DNA from: an uncultured Acidobacteriota bacterium | GTDB taxonomy: Bacteria; Acidobacteriota; Thermoanaerobaculia; Multivoradales; UBA5704 | DNA length: 64,000 bases | NCBI GenBank assembly: GCA_963700145.1 | Contig: OY969474.1 | Span: 3,488,001 to 3,552,000, forward strand | Direction: 5' to 3' | Shown: positions 52,807 to 63,156 of the stretch, piece after piece | Layout: every line of letters begins with the position of its first letter | Position numbering within the stretch: position 1 is the first letter of the stretch | Notes under the pieces: generated by a model | What the model was told of the DNA's origin: nothing | What the model saw: only the letters and a program-made list of their open reading frames with translations | The model's database searches: none | Translations under genes and position numbers: made by a program

Positions 52807-53672
52807 ACCGCGCCTCCCGCGGCTCCCGCGGCTCCAAGATCGAGCAGCATGCGCCGCACCACCCGCCCCAGCGCGAAGCGGCGGTAGTCGGCGGTCGAGC
52901 GGACGTCGTCGATCGGCGCCACCTCGCCGGCCGCCGCGGCGGCCGCGCGCTCCGCGGTCTCGGCGCCGAGCGGCCGGCCGGCCGCCGCCGCTTCGGCGGC
53001 GCGGAGGCGCACCGGCACCGGCGCCACGCTCCCGGCCGCCAGGCGGATCTCTGCGATGGCACCGCCCTCGACCCGCGCCGCCAGCGCCACCACCACTTTG
53101 CTGATCGATTGCGCCTCGCGCGTCCCCACCTTGCGGAAGGCCTGCACCGTGCCCGGCGCCGGCCGCGGCAGGCGGACGCGGGCGACGATCTCGCCCGGCG
53201 CCAGCGCCGTCTTCCGGTAGCCAACGTGGAACTCGCCGTAGGGGAGCGTGCGGGTACCGGCGGGGCCGGCGAGGACGAGCGCCGCGTCGAGCACCAGGAG
53301 GACCGGCAGCGAGTCGCCGGCCGGGCTGGCGTTGGCGACGTTGCCGCCCAGGGTGGCGCGGTTCTGGATCTGCCAGCCGCCGACGACGCGCGCCGCCTCG
53401 GCGAGCGCCGGGAAGAGGTCGCGCACGAGCGGCGAGTCGCCGATGGCGCGGAAGGTCGTCGCGGCGCCGATCTCGACCGCGCCCTCGACCTCGCGGATGC
53501 CGGCGAGCTCGGGGATGCGCGTCAGGTCGAGCACGCGCTCCATCGCCAGCCGGCGCAGCGGGTCGTCCGCCATCAGGTCGGTGCAGCCGGCGATCGGTAC
53601 GAGCTCGGGGTCGGCGGCGAGCGCGGCGACCGCGGCGTCGAGCGAGCGCGGCGAGAGGGCGGCGTCGCTCAC
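52803..53672 (-). CDS. Xanthine dehydrogenase family FAD-binding subunit
   Basis: PIAGCTDL, QIQNRATLGGNVANASPAGD and PIDDVRSTADYR. Confidence 0.92.
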   Translation of the reverse strand: MSDAALSPRSLDAAVAALAADPELVPIAGCTDLMADDPLRRLAMERVLDLTRIPELAGIREVEGAVEIGAATTFRAIGDSPLVRDLFPALAEAARVVGGWQIQNRATLGGNVANASPAGDSLPVLLVLDAALVLAGPAGTRTLPYGEFHVGYRKTALAPGEIVARVRLPRPAPGTVQAFRKVGTREAQSISKVVVALAARVEGGAIAEIRLAAGSVAPVPVRLRAAEAAAAGRPLGAETAERAAAAAAGEVAPIDDVRSTADYRRFALGRVVRRMLLDLGAAGAAGGAV

Positions 53673-54154
53673 CGCGCGGCCTCCTCCGTCTCCTCGCCGC
53701 CCGCGTCCACCGCCAGCGCGCGCAGGATCCCCTCGTAGCCGGTGCAGCGGCAGAGGTTGCCGGCGAGGGCGTCGCGCACCGCCTCGACGTCCGGCCGCGC
53801 CTCGCGCTCGAGGAGCGCCCAGGCGGTGACGATGATCCCCGGCGTGCAGGCGCCGCACTGCACGCCGCCGGCGGCGACGAAGCGGTCGAGGAAGGCGCGC
53901 GCCCGCGGCGCGGCGGCGATCCCTTCGACCGTCTCGATCCGCCGCCCGTCGCACTGCGCGAGCGGCACCAGGCACGACAGCACCGGCTCGCCGTCCATGA
54001 GCACGGTGCAGGCGCCGCACTCCCCCTCGCCGCACCCTTCCTTCGTGCCGGTCAGCTCGAGCGACTCGCGCAGCACGTCGAGGAGGCGCGCCATCGGGTG
54101 CCCGGCGAGCGGGCGCTCCTCGCCGTTGAGGACGGCGCGGACGGTGACGCTCAC
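53669..54154 (-). CDS. Xanthine dehydrogenase family (2Fe-2S) subunit
   Basis: GTKEGCGEGECGAC, QCGACTPG and GNLCRCTGY. Confidence 0.95.
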   Translation of the reverse strand: MSVTVRAVLNGEERPLAGHPMARLLDVLRESLELTGTKEGCGEGECGACTVLMDGEPVLSCLVPLAQCDGRRIETVEGIAAAPRARAFLDRFVAAGGVQCGACTPGIIVTAWALLEREARPDVEAVRDALAGNLCRCTGYEGILRALAVDAGGEETEEAAR

Positions 54155-56442
54155 CCGCCCACCCGCCGCCCGTCGCGGTCGCGCTCGTAGAGCCGCTCGG
54201 GGGTGATCGGCAGCTCGTCGATGTCGAGGCCGGTGGCGTTCTCGACCGCCTGCGCCACCGCCGGCGCGCCGCCGTCCATCGGCAGCTCGCCCATCCCTTT
54301 GGCGCCGAACGGGCCGCCCGCCCACGGGCGCTCGAGCAGGTGGACGTCGATGCGCGGCGTGTCGCGCACCGTCGGGATGATGTAGGTGGCGAGGCGGTCG
54401 TTGAGGTAGCGCCCCTCGCTGAGCTTCACCTCTTCGAGCAGCGCCCAGCCGACGGCCTGCAGCGTCCCGCCCTCGACCTGGCCGGCGCAGAGGAGTGGGT
54501 GGATGGCGCGCCCGACCTCGCAGACGGCGGTGACGCGCACCGGGTGGACGGCGAAGGTGTCCGGGTCCACCTCCACCTCGGCGACGTCCGCGCCCCAGGA
54601 GAAGGTGGGGTAGGCGGCGCCCTGGTAGCGCTCGTCGTCGAACTGCTGCTCCTCCGGCGGCTCGTGGCGGACGACGACCTCGGCCGGCTCGCCCGCCGCG
54701 ACGTAGCGCGCCGCTGCCGCGCGGAAGGCGCCGGGCGTCTCGCCGCGCGCGGCGAGCCACTCGTCCACCCGCCGGCGCAGCTCGCCGACGGCGCTGGCGA
54801 TGGCGCCGCCGACGATCATCGTCGTGCGCGAGGCGACGGTCGGCCCGGAGTCGGGCACCTCGGCGGTGTCCGGCTCGGCGAAGACCAGGTCCTCCGGGCC
54901 GACGCCGGCGGCGGCGGCGGCGATCTGCGGGAAGACCGCGGCGCACCCCTGCCCCATGTCGGTCATCGCGGTGAGCACTTCGATGCGGCCGTCGGCGAGG
55001 AGACGCGCCGCGACCGGCGAGCGCATACGCCGCTCGCCGTTGCCGGTGAACCCGGCACCGTGGAAGTAGAGCGAGAGGCCGACGCCGCGCGCCGGCTTGC
55101 GCCCCTCGGCACCGTCGCCGAATCGGACACTGCCGTCGCCGAAGCGGACGCCGCGCTCGCGCTCGAGCTCCCGCCAGCGGGCGCTGAAGCCGGTCCGCCG
55201 CTCGACCTCTTCGAGGCAGAGTCGTCCGCCGGCGCTCTCGTCGAGCACCTGCCCGGTCGGCAGCTCGTCGCCCGGGCCGGCGACGTTGCGCGCGCGGATC
55301 GTGTACGGGTCGAGCCCGAGGGCGCGCGCCGCGCGGTCCATCTGCCGCTCCATCGCGAACTGCGTTTGCGGCGCGCCGAAGCCGCGGAAGGCGCTGTTGG
55401 GCGCCGTGTGGGTGGCCAGGACGCGGCCGCGCACCCGCACGTGCGGGCAGCGGTAGGGACCGCCGGCGTGGAGCGCGGCGCGCGACAGCACGACCGACGA
55501 GAGCGTGCGGTAGGCGCCGCCGTCGAGGAGGACCTCGACGTCGACCGCCGTCAGCGTGCCGTCGCGGCGGAGGCCGGTGCGGTGGCGCACCTCCGCGGGG
55601 TGGCGCTTGGTGGTGGCGACGATGTCCTCGTGCCGGTCGTAGGCCAGGCGCACCGGTCGGCCGGCGGCGCGCGCCAGGAGGGCGGCGTGCAGCGCGATGA
55701 GGCTCGGGTAGTCCTCCTTGCCGCCGAAGCCGCCGCCCACCACGGTGGCGCGCACGCGCACGCCGTCCGCTGGCAGCCCGAAGGCGTGGACCAGCGACTT
55801 GTGCACGTAGTACGGGCACTGCATCGAGCCGGCGGCGACGACGACGCCGTCCTCCTCCCAGGCGGTCATCGCCTGGCACTCGATGTAGATGTGCTCCTGG
55901 TGGCCGGTGCGGTAGGTGCCCTCGACGACGACGTCGGCCGCGGCGAGCGCCGCCTCGACGTCGCCGTAGGCGATCTCGACCGTGGCGAGCGGCGGCGCCT
56001 CGGCGGCCTCGGCCTCGGCCATCGTCAGCACCGCCGGCAGCGGCTCGTACTCGACCGTGAAGGCCGCGAGCGCCTGGCGCGCCGCGATGCGCGTCGGCGC
56101 CGCCACCAGTGCCACCGCCTCGCCGACGTGGCGCACGACGCCGTCGGCGAGGACCGGCCACTCGTCGTCGATGAGCTGGACGCCGTTGGGGCCGGGCAGG
56201 TCGCGCGCGGTGACCGCCACCGTTCCCGCGGGGGCCCGCGCCGGGTCGAAGCGCAGGGCGGCGATCCGCGCGTGGGCATGGGGGCTGCGCAGGGTGGCGC
56301 CGAACCAGAGGCCGGGGAGGACGAGGTCGTCGGCGAAGACCGCGGCGCCGGTCACCTTGGCGAGCCCGTCCGGCCGCGGCGGGCTGGTGCCGATCGGCCC
56401 CGGCCCGCTCCGCACCTCGCTCGTCGGTGTGTCCGTGCGCAA
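54151..56442 (-). CDS. Xanthine dehydrogenase family molybdopterin-binding subunit
   Basis: GGGFGGK, AFRGFGAPQ, TVASR, GQVEGG and AKGMGE. Confidence 0.95.
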   Translation of the reverse strand: MRTDTPTSEVRSGPGPIGTSPPRPDGLAKVTGAAVFADDLVLPGLWFGATLRSPHAHARIAALRFDPARAPAGTVAVTARDLPGPNGVQLIDDEWPVLADGVVRHVGEAVALVAAPTRIAARQALAAFTVEYEPLPAVLTMAEAEAAEAPPLATVEIAYGDVEAALAAADVVVEGTYRTGHQEHIYIECQAMTAWEEDGVVVAAGSMQCPYYVHKSLVHAFGLPADGVRVRATVVGGGFGGKEDYPSLIALHAALLARAAGRPVRLAYDRHEDIVATTKRHPAEVRHRTGLRRDGTLTAVDVEVLLDGGAYRTLSSVVLSRAALHAGGPYRCPHVRVRGRVLATHTAPNSAFRGFGAPQTQFAMERQMDRAARALGLDPYTIRARNVAGPGDELPTGQVLDESAGGRLCLEEVERRTGFSARWRELERERGVRFGDGSVRFGDGAEGRKPARGVGLSLYFHGAGFTGNGERRMRSPVAARLLADGRIEVLTAMTDMGQGCAAVFPQIAAAAAGVGPEDLVFAEPDTAEVPDSGPTVASRTTMIVGGAIASAVGELRRRVDEWLAARGETPGAFRAAAARYVAAGEPAEVVVRHEPPEEQQFDDERYQGAAYPTFSWGADVAEVEVDPDTFAVHPVRVTAVCEVGRAIHPLLCAGQVEGGTLQAVGWALLEEVKLSEGRYLNDRLATYIIPTVRDTPRIDVHLLERPWAGGPFGAKGMGELPMDGGAPAVAQAVENATGLDIDELPITPERLYERDRDGRRVGG

Positions 56443-56484
56443 GGCGGGGATTATAGCGGCGGGCTCCGCGCCCGCCGCGCCGCG

Positions 56485-57027
56485 TCAGCCGGCGGCCGGG
56501 GCGAGGAACTTGGCGCGGAACTTCGCCAGCTTGGGGCCGACCACCGCCCGGCAGTAGGGCTGGTTGGGGTTCTGCCGGAAGTAGTCCTGGTGGTAGTCCT
56601 CGGCCGGGTAGAACGTGTCGAGCGGCCGCACCTCGGTGACGATCGGGGCGTCGAAGAGCTGCTCTTCGGTGAGCTCGCGCACCAGCGCCTCGGCCGTGGC
56701 CTGCTGCTCGGGCGAGTGGGTGTAGATCGCCGACCGGTACTGCGTGCCGACGTCGCCCCCCTGGCGGTTCGGGGTCGTCGGGTCGTGGATGCCGAAGAAG
56801 ATCTGGAGCAGGCGCTTGTAGGAGACCTGCTCGGGATCGAAATGCACCTGCACCACCTCGGCGTGGCCGGTCGTGCCGGAGCAGACCTGCTGGTAAGTCG
56901 GGTTGGGGGCGTGCCCGCCGGCGTATCCGGACACCACCCGCTCCACCCCCGTCACCTCCTGATACACCGCCTCCAGGCACCAGAAGCACCCACCCGCGAG
57001 CGTCGCGACTTCGGTTCTCTTGGCCAT
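56485..57027 (-). CDS. msrA: Peptide methionine sulfoxide reductase A
   Basis: AGGCFWC, GHAEVV, QGGDVGTQYRS and AEDYHQ. Confidence 0.97.
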   Translation of the reverse strand: MAKRTEVATLAGGCFWCLEAVYQEVTGVERVVSGYAGGHAPNPTYQQVCSGTTGHAEVVQVHFDPEQVSYKRLLQIFFGIHDPTTPNRQGGDVGTQYRSAIYTHSPEQQATAEALVRELTEEQLFDAPIVTEVRPLDTFYPAEDYHQDYFRQNPNQPYCRAVVGPKLAKFRAKFLAPAAG

Positions 57028-57099
57028 GGTGCGGAGTGTACGCGCCCGGAGGGCGGGCGGTTCAAGCGGTCCGGGGATGCGGTATCCTGGGCCCCTGCC

Positions 57100-59016
57100 G
57101 TGAAGTCCGCCGTCCTGCTCTTCGTCCTGGCCGTTGCCGCGGTGCCGTCGACCGCCGGCGCGGAGCCGCGCTGGGAGCCGTTGCCGCTCTGGGGGGGCGT
57201 CGTCGAGGTCGCGGCGGCGTCGCACGGGCAGGGGCCGGTCTATGCCGCGACCGCCTCCGGGGAGCTCTACCGCTCGCGCGACGGCGGCCGTACCTGGGGG
57301 CTGGCCGGCCGCGGCCCCCGGGGTCTGCCGCTGCACGACCTCGCCATCGACCCTCACGACACGCGCCGGCTGTTCGCCGTCGCCCGCCGGTTCGACGTCA
57401 ACGAGGGCCTGGTCCGCAGCTTCGACGGCGGCAGGTCCTGGCGGCCCGCCGGACGCGCCTTCGCGCGCTTCGAGCTGAGCGGTCCGGTGGTCTTCGATCC
57501 GGCGGTCGCGGGGCGGGTCTACGCCGCGACCTGGGGCGGCCTCTACCGCAGCGTCGACGGCGGGGCGACCTGGCAGCTCCTCGCCTTTCCCGGCCTGATC
57601 GTCGAAGCGGTCGGCGTGGTGCCCGGCGCCGCGCCGGTGGTGCTCGCCTCGACCCGCGACCTGCGCACCGAGGCTTTCGCCATCCACCGCAGCCTCGACG
57701 GCGGCGCCACCTTCGTGACCGACGACGACGGCCGGGCGATCGGCTTCGCGGCCGATCCGAGCCGGCCGGGACGGGTCTACGGCTTCGAATATTCCGCGCT
57801 GGCGCGCAGCGACGACGCCGGCGCCACCTGGGTCGCCTTCACGCCCCACCCGCCGATCTACTTCGGCGCTCTCGCGGTGACGCAGGCCGGCACCGCCCTC
57901 GCCGGCAGCCTGCTCAATGGGGTCTGGCGCAGCCTCGACGGCGGCGCGACCTGGGCGATGGCGAGCGAGGACGGCCGCCCGCGGCCGTGGGACCCCGTGA
58001 GCTCGCTCGTGCCGCTCCCCGACGGCGTCGTCGCCGGCGGCGAGCGCGGCGTCTGGCGCGGCGGGCCGGAGGGCCTCGGCTGGCGGGCGTCGAGCGACGG
58101 CCTGCGCGCGCACGTGGTCACGCCCGTCGTGGTCGCCGGCGACTCGACGCTCTGGGCCGGCGTGCCCCGGAGCAGCGTCTTCCAGAGCGGCGACGGCGGC
58201 GCCAGCTTCCGCGCCGTCTTCCGCGGCCGTCCCGCCTACTTCAGGCGCCTCGCCGTACACGCCGGCGATCCCGCCGTGCTCTACGGCTGGGGAGGCGGCA
58301 GCCTGATCTCCAGGACGGACGACGGCGGGCGCTCCTGGCGAGCGCTCCGCTACCCGGGCGCCCAGCGCGAGTTCAAGGTGCTCGAGGTGGATCCGGTCGA
58401 TCCCGACGTCGTCTACGCCGGCGGCGCCTGGGAGCCGCACTCCTCGCCCTGCACCGCGGTGCGCAGCCGCGACGGCGGCGAGAGCTGGATCTGCTTCGGT
58501 CCGGGCCGCGCGATCTTCGACTTCGACTGGCTGGAGATCGACCCCCGCGACCGGCGCCGCCTCTACGCCGGCTTCAACGGCGTCCCCCACCGCAGCCGCG
58601 ACGGCGGGGACAGCTGGCAACCGCTGCCGGCGCGCGGGCTCCCGGGGCTCGTGTCGGCGCTGGCCGTCGATCCGCTGCTGCCGGGCCGCCTCTTCGCCGC
58701 CGCGGAGGGCGGGATCTTCCGCAGCGACGACGCCGGCGCCTCCTGGCGGCGGACGAGCCGCGGGCTGCCGCCGGGCGCCGGCGTCACCCAGCTCCTGATC
58801 GATGCCGACCGGCCCGATCGGCTTTACGCCCTGCTCTCGGACGCCGGCGGCGTCTTCACCACCGCCGACGGCGGCGAGACCTGGCGCGACCTCAGCGCCG
58901 GCCTGCCCGCCGGCGTCGCCCTCACCGAGCTGGCGCTCGACCCCCGCGACCCCGGGCGCCTGTACGCCGGGACCGAGGGCCGCGGGCTCTACCGCCTCGA
59001 TCTCGACCCGCGCTAA
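57100..59016 (+). CDS. Secreted BNR/Asp-box repeat beta-propeller (sortilin/VPS10-like)
   Basis: Many SxDGGxTW repeats after a signal peptide starting at GTG 57100. Confidence 0.85.
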   Translation: MKSAVLLFVLAVAAVPSTAGAEPRWEPLPLWGGVVEVAAASHGQGPVYAATASGELYRSRDGGRTWGLAGRGPRGLPLHDLAIDPHDTRRLFAVARRFDVNEGLVRSFDGGRSWRPAGRAFARFELSGPVVFDPAVAGRVYAATWGGLYRSVDGGATWQLLAFPGLIVEAVGVVPGAAPVVLASTRDLRTEAFAIHRSLDGGATFVTDDDGRAIGFAADPSRPGRVYGFEYSALARSDDAGATWVAFTPHPPIYFGALAVTQAGTALAGSLLNGVWRSLDGGATWAMASEDGRPRPWDPVSSLVPLPDGVVAGGERGVWRGGPEGLGWRASSDGLRAHVVTPVVVAGDSTLWAGVPRSSVFQSGDGGASFRAVFRGRPAYFRRLAVHAGDPAVLYGWGGGSLISRTDDGGRSWRALRYPGAQREFKVLEVDPVDPDVVYAGGAWEPHSSPCTAVRSRDGGESWICFGPGRAIFDFDWLEIDPRDRRRLYAGFNGVPHRSRDGGDSWQPLPARGLPGLVSALAVDPLLPGRLFAAAEGGIFRSDDAGASWRRTSRGLPPGAGVTQLLIDADRPDRLYALLSDAGGVFTTADGGETWRDLSAGLPAGVALTELALDPRDPGRLYAGTEGRGLYRLDLDPR

Positions 59017-59060
59017 GCAGCCCCCCGCTTGCCTGACGGCGGTGTCCGTCACCGCCTTGC

Positions 59061-59108
59061 TTGACGCCCTTCATCGCCCGGTGGTACCGTTTTCATGAAA
59101 ACGTTTCC
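59061..59108 (+). promoter_or_regulatory. Putative promoter and LacI-family operator
   Basis: TTGACG-N18-TACCGT, followed by TGAAAACGTTTCC (central CG palindrome typical of LacI sites), upstream of the LacI gene. Confidence 0.65.
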
Positions 59109-59131
59109 GCCTTGGCCTCGAAAGCCCAGCG

Positions 59132-60190
59132 ATGACCGTCTCGATCCGCGACGTGGCGCGCGAGGCGGGGGTTTCGGCGGCTACCATCTCGCGGGTCCTC
59201 AACGGCCACACGGCGGTGGCGGAAGAGACCCGCCGCCGGGTCGCCGAGGCCGTCGAGCGGCTCAACTACGTGCCGCACGGCGGCGCCCGCAGCCTCATCA
59301 CCCGGCGCACCGAGACCGTCGGCGTCCTCCTCCCCGACCTCTACGGCGAGTTCTTCTCCGAGCTGATCCGCGGCATCGACCAGACGGCGCGCCGGCGGGG
59401 CTACCACGTCCTCGTCTCGGGCGCCCACAGCGACGCCGCCGAGGTCGAGGCGGTGCTGCGCGCCCTGCGCGGCCGGGTGGACGGCCTGATCGTGATGTCG
59501 CCCGACGTCGACACCTCGCCCGCCCTGGCGCGCTATGGCGGGGCGCTGCCGATCGTGCTCCTCGACTCCGTCGCCGAGGGGATCGACCTCGACGCCATCA
59601 CCATCGACAACTACGGCGGCGCACGCTCCATGGTGCGCCACCTGTTGGGCCTCGGGCACCAGCGGATCGCCCTGCTCGGCGGCCCGGCGCACAACCGCGA
59701 CGCCCGCGAGCGCGCCCGCGGCTGGCGCGAGGCGCTGGCCGAGGCGGACCTGCCGGCGCCCGCGGAGCTGGTCTTTCCCGGCGACTTCAGCGAGGCCTCG
59801 GGACACGCCGCCGGCCGCTGGCTCGCCGAGCTGGCGCCGCGGCCCACCGCCGTCTTCGCCGCCAACGACGCGATGGCGGTCGGCTTCCTCTCCGCCCTGC
59901 GCGAGATCGGCCTCGCGGTGCCCGAGGACGTGGCGCTCGGCGGCTTCGACGACATCCCGATCTCCCGCTACCTGAGCCCGCCGTTGACCTCGGTGCGGGT
60001 GCCGATCGCCGAGCTCGGCAGCCGCGCCATGCAGCACGTCCTGTCGCTCCTCGAGAGCCGTGACGAAGCGGCCCCGCCCGCCGGCAGCCGGCGCGACGTG
60101 GTCGCCACGAAGCTGATCGTCCGCGCCTCCTGCGGCGCCCTCCGCGCGCGGACGCCAACCCCATCAACCGAATGGAGGCCAGAACGATGA
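59132..60190 (+). CDS. LacI family transcriptional regulator
   Basis: SIRDVAREAGVSAATISRVLN, FAAND and GFDDI. Confidence 0.95.
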   Translation: MTVSIRDVAREAGVSAATISRVLNGHTAVAEETRRRVAEAVERLNYVPHGGARSLITRRTETVGVLLPDLYGEFFSELIRGIDQTARRRGYHVLVSGAHSDAAEVEAVLRALRGRVDGLIVMSPDVDTSPALARYGGALPIVLLDSVAEGIDLDAITIDNYGGARSMVRHLLGLGHQRIALLGGPAHNRDARERARGWREALAEADLPAPAELVFPGDFSEASGHAAGRWLAELAPRPTAVFAANDAMAVGFLSALREIGLAVPEDVALGGFDDIPISRYLSPPLTSVRVPIAELGSRAMQHVLSLLESRDEAAPPAGSRRDVVATKLIVRASCGALRARTPTPSTEWRPER

Positions 60191-63156
60191 GACCCGCACC
60201 GTCCCGATCCCCGCTGGGCGGCCTCGCCCTGCTGCTCGCCGCCGCGCTCTGCTTCGCTCCGGCAGCGGCGGCGCAGAACACCACCAGCTCGATCCGCGGC
60301 GTCGTCCGCGACGAGAACGGACCGATCGCCGGCGCCAAAGTCGTCGCCGTGGATGCCGCGAGCGGTTTCTTCCAGGAGGCCACCTCGGGCGCCGACGGCA
60401 GCTTCGCCCTCCAGGGCCTCCGCCCCGCCACCTACGACGTCACGGTCTCCTCCGAGGCCTACGGGCCGCAGAGCCGCAGCGTGCAGGTGCTGCTCGGCCA
60501 GGACGTCGAGGCCGACTTCGTGCTCTCGGTCAACGCCATGTTCACGGAGGAGGTCGTCGTCATCGGCGAGGCGACGCAGCTCCTCGTCGACACCCGCAGT
60601 CCCGAGGTGGCGACCAACGTCACCACCCAGCAGATCGAGCAGCTCCCCCAGAACAGCCGCAACTTCCTCTCCTTCGCGGCGCTGGCGCCCGGGGTGCGCT
60701 TCACCGAGAACGAAGACGAGCAGGGGAAGTCCTTCCGCAGCGGCGGCGCCGAGGCGCGGCAGGTCAACGTCTTCGTCGACGGCCTCTCCTACAAGAACGA
60801 CCTCTTGAAGGGCGGCGCCTTCATGCAGGACTCCAGCCGCGGCAACCCCTTCCCGCAGAACGCGGTGCAGGAGTTCCGGGTGCTGACGCAGAACTACAAG
60901 GCGGAGTACGAGAAAGCGGCGGCGGCGGTGATCACCGCGGTCACCAAGTCAGGTGGGAACGAGTTTCACGGCGACGCCTTCTACCTCTTCCAGGACGAGG
61001 GGCTCCTGACCCAGGACGACTTCGCCAAGGCGCGCGGCGACGAGGAGCCGGAGGTCGAGCGCATCCAGAGCGGGATCTCGATCGGCGGGCCGATCCGCGA
61101 GGACGTCCTGCACTTCTTCGCCTCCTACGAGCAGAACGACCAGGACCGGCTGAGCAGCGTCTTCCGCGGCGGCGGCTTCGGCCGCGCGCCGGCCAACGTC
61201 CAGAGCTTCCTCGGCGGCTTCGAGACCGGGGTGCTGGTCGCCCCGCTCGAGTCGAAGCTGCTCTTCGGCAAGCTCTCCTGGCAGCCGGCCTCCGGCCAGT
61301 CGTTCGACGCCAGCTACTACTGGCGCGACGAGCAGGAGATCCGCGGCTTCGGCAGCCTGCGCACCAAGGACGGCGCCGAGAGCTTCGAGGTCGGCAGCGA
61401 CGCCCTCGTCGCCAAGCACCAGCTCGTCCTCGGCAACTCGCTCAACGAGGCGAGCGCCACTTACCAGAAGCTGCAGTGGGCGCCGACCGCCATCGCCTCC
61501 GACACCCCGCGGCTCAACTACATCGACATCCTCGACGTCGGCGGCAAGGACGCGACCCAGGACTTCCAGCAGGACAAGATCGGCCTGCGCGACGACTTCT
61601 CGTTCTTCAAGGAGTGGCGCGGCAGCCACTCGCTGAAGGCCGGGGTCGGGGTCAACTGGCTGGACTACAAGGTCACCAAAGAGCTGTTCGGCAACGCGCT
61701 GTTCGAGTTCCGCTCCGACGAGCAGTGGCAGTTCCCCTTCCAGGCGCGCCTCGGCTTCGGCAATCCCACCTTGGACTTCAGCAACACCCAGCTCGGGCTC
61801 TACCTGCAGGACGACTGGCAGGTCGCGGAGCGCCTCAGCCTGAGCCTCGGCGTGCGCTGGGACTACGAGTCCAACATGATCAACAACGACTACACGACGC
61901 CGCCGGAGCTGGTGGCGGCGCTGTCGAGCGCCTGCCGCACCTACGGCCAGCCGGTCGGCGGGCAGAGCACCTGGTGCCTGCGCGACTTCCTCGACCTCGA
62001 CCGCTACACCACCAGCGGCGACGACCGCGACGACTACTTCGGCATGGTGCAGCCGCGCCTGGGCTTCTCCTGGGACGTCAAGGGGAACGCCAAGACCGTG
62101 GTCTTCGGCGGCTGGGGCAAGTACTACGACCGCGTCATCCTCAACGACATCTTCGACGAGCAGTACCGCCAGCAGTACAAGATCTTCAGCTTCTGCTTCT
62201 CGGCCGACGGCAGCCCGGCGCCGAACTGCGGCGTGCCGGCGATCGCCTGGCAGCCGGGGTTCCTCTCCGCCGAAGGGCTGGCGGGGCTGGTCGCCCGCGG
62301 CCAGGCGCCGGGGCCGGAGGTCTTCTTGGTCGCCAACGATCTGCGGCCGCCGCGCTCGGACCAGTGGACGCTCGGCGTGCGGCAGCAGCTCGGCAACTGG
62401 ATCGCGGCGTTGACCTACGCCGGCTCGCGCGGCCACAACGGCCTGATGTACTTCTTCGGCGACCTGCCGCCGGGCACCGCCTTCAACGACCGCTTCGGCG
62501 GCAACGTCGGCGTGCCGGGCTACGCGCGCGTCTTCACTACCTCGACGGCGCGCCAGTGGTGGTACGACGGCATCTTCCTGACCCTCGACAAGCCGATCGC
62601 GGCCGGCGCCAAGTGGGGCTTCAACCTCGCCTACACCTACGCCGAGTCCGAGCAGACCGGCACCGACAACCGCGACGAGGGGGTCGCCTTCGGCGCCTTC
62701 GACTACTCCGGCCCGGACGCCCTCTTCAAGTTCCCCGGCACCAACGACGAGCGGCACCGGGTGGTGGCGAGCGGCATCGTCGCCCTGCCCTTCAGCTTCC
62801 GCTTCTCCTCGATCATCACGCTCGGCTCGGGCGTGCCGTTCACCATCTTCGACGACTCGACGGCGCCCTTCACCGTGCGCTGGAACGAAGGGCGGCCGCC
62901 GAAGGACGACTTCATCATCCCCGACGCCTGGGCCTACCGCAGCGTCGACGCGCGCCTGGAGTGGGAGGCGCCGCCGATCGCCGACCGGGTGCGCGTCGGT
63001 CTCATCGGCGAAGGGTTCAACCTCTTCGACCACGACAACGGCGGCTGCTTCGAGTCCTTCAAGCCGCGGCTGCCGAACGTCAACGCCCGCTTCGGCCAGC
63101 CGAACTGCGAGTTCAACACCCGGCGCTACCAGGTCGGCGCCCGCGTGAGCTTCTGA
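60187..63156 (+). CDS. TonB-dependent receptor (Oar-like, with carboxypeptidase-regulatory-like N-domain)
   Basis: Signal peptide, AVQEFRV, AVTKSGGNEFHG, YLQDDW, QPRLGFSWD and C-terminal F. Confidence 0.92.
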   Translation: MRPAPSRSPLGGLALLLAAALCFAPAAAAQNTTSSIRGVVRDENGPIAGAKVVAVDAASGFFQEATSGADGSFALQGLRPATYDVTVSSEAYGPQSRSVQVLLGQDVEADFVLSVNAMFTEEVVVIGEATQLLVDTRSPEVATNVTTQQIEQLPQNSRNFLSFAALAPGVRFTENEDEQGKSFRSGGAEARQVNVFVDGLSYKNDLLKGGAFMQDSSRGNPFPQNAVQEFRVLTQNYKAEYEKAAAAVITAVTKSGGNEFHGDAFYLFQDEGLLTQDDFAKARGDEEPEVERIQSGISIGGPIREDVLHFFASYEQNDQDRLSSVFRGGGFGRAPANVQSFLGGFETGVLVAPLESKLLFGKLSWQPASGQSFDASYYWRDEQEIRGFGSLRTKDGAESFEVGSDALVAKHQLVLGNSLNEASATYQKLQWAPTAIASDTPRLNYIDILDVGGKDATQDFQQDKIGLRDDFSFFKEWRGSHSLKAGVGVNWLDYKVTKELFGNALFEFRSDEQWQFPFQARLGFGNPTLDFSNTQLGLYLQDDWQVAERLSLSLGVRWDYESNMINNDYTTPPELVAALSSACRTYGQPVGGQSTWCLRDFLDLDRYTTSGDDRDDYFGMVQPRLGFSWDVKGNAKTVVFGGWGKYYDRVILNDIFDEQYRQQYKIFSFCFSADGSPAPNCGVPAIAWQPGFLSAEGLAGLVARGQAPGPEVFLVANDLRPPRSDQWTLGVRQQLGNWIAALTYAGSRGHNGLMYFFGDLPPGTAFNDRFGGNVGVPGYARVFTTSTARQWWYDGIFLTLDKPIAAGAKWGFNLAYTYAESEQTGTDNRDEGVAFGAFDYSGPDALFKFPGTNDERHRVVASGIVALPFSFRFSSIITLGSGVPFTIFDDSTAPFTVRWNEGRPPKDDFIIPDAWAYRSVDARLEWEAPPIADRVRVGLIGEGFNLFDHDNGGCFESFKPRLPNVNARFGQPNCEFNTRRYQVGARVSF

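Noticed and set aside
55112-55153. Short tandem duplication VRFGDG x2 in the XDH Mo subunit
   Set aside because: An in-frame 21-nt duplication in a variable loop, with no sign of functional consequence.
54340-57099. Very long ORFs (1558, 1106, 1092, 1018 and 1011 aa) in the ORF track
   Set aside because: These are antisense or off-frame shadows typical of high-GC DNA; only the sub-segments with recognisable motifs were kept.
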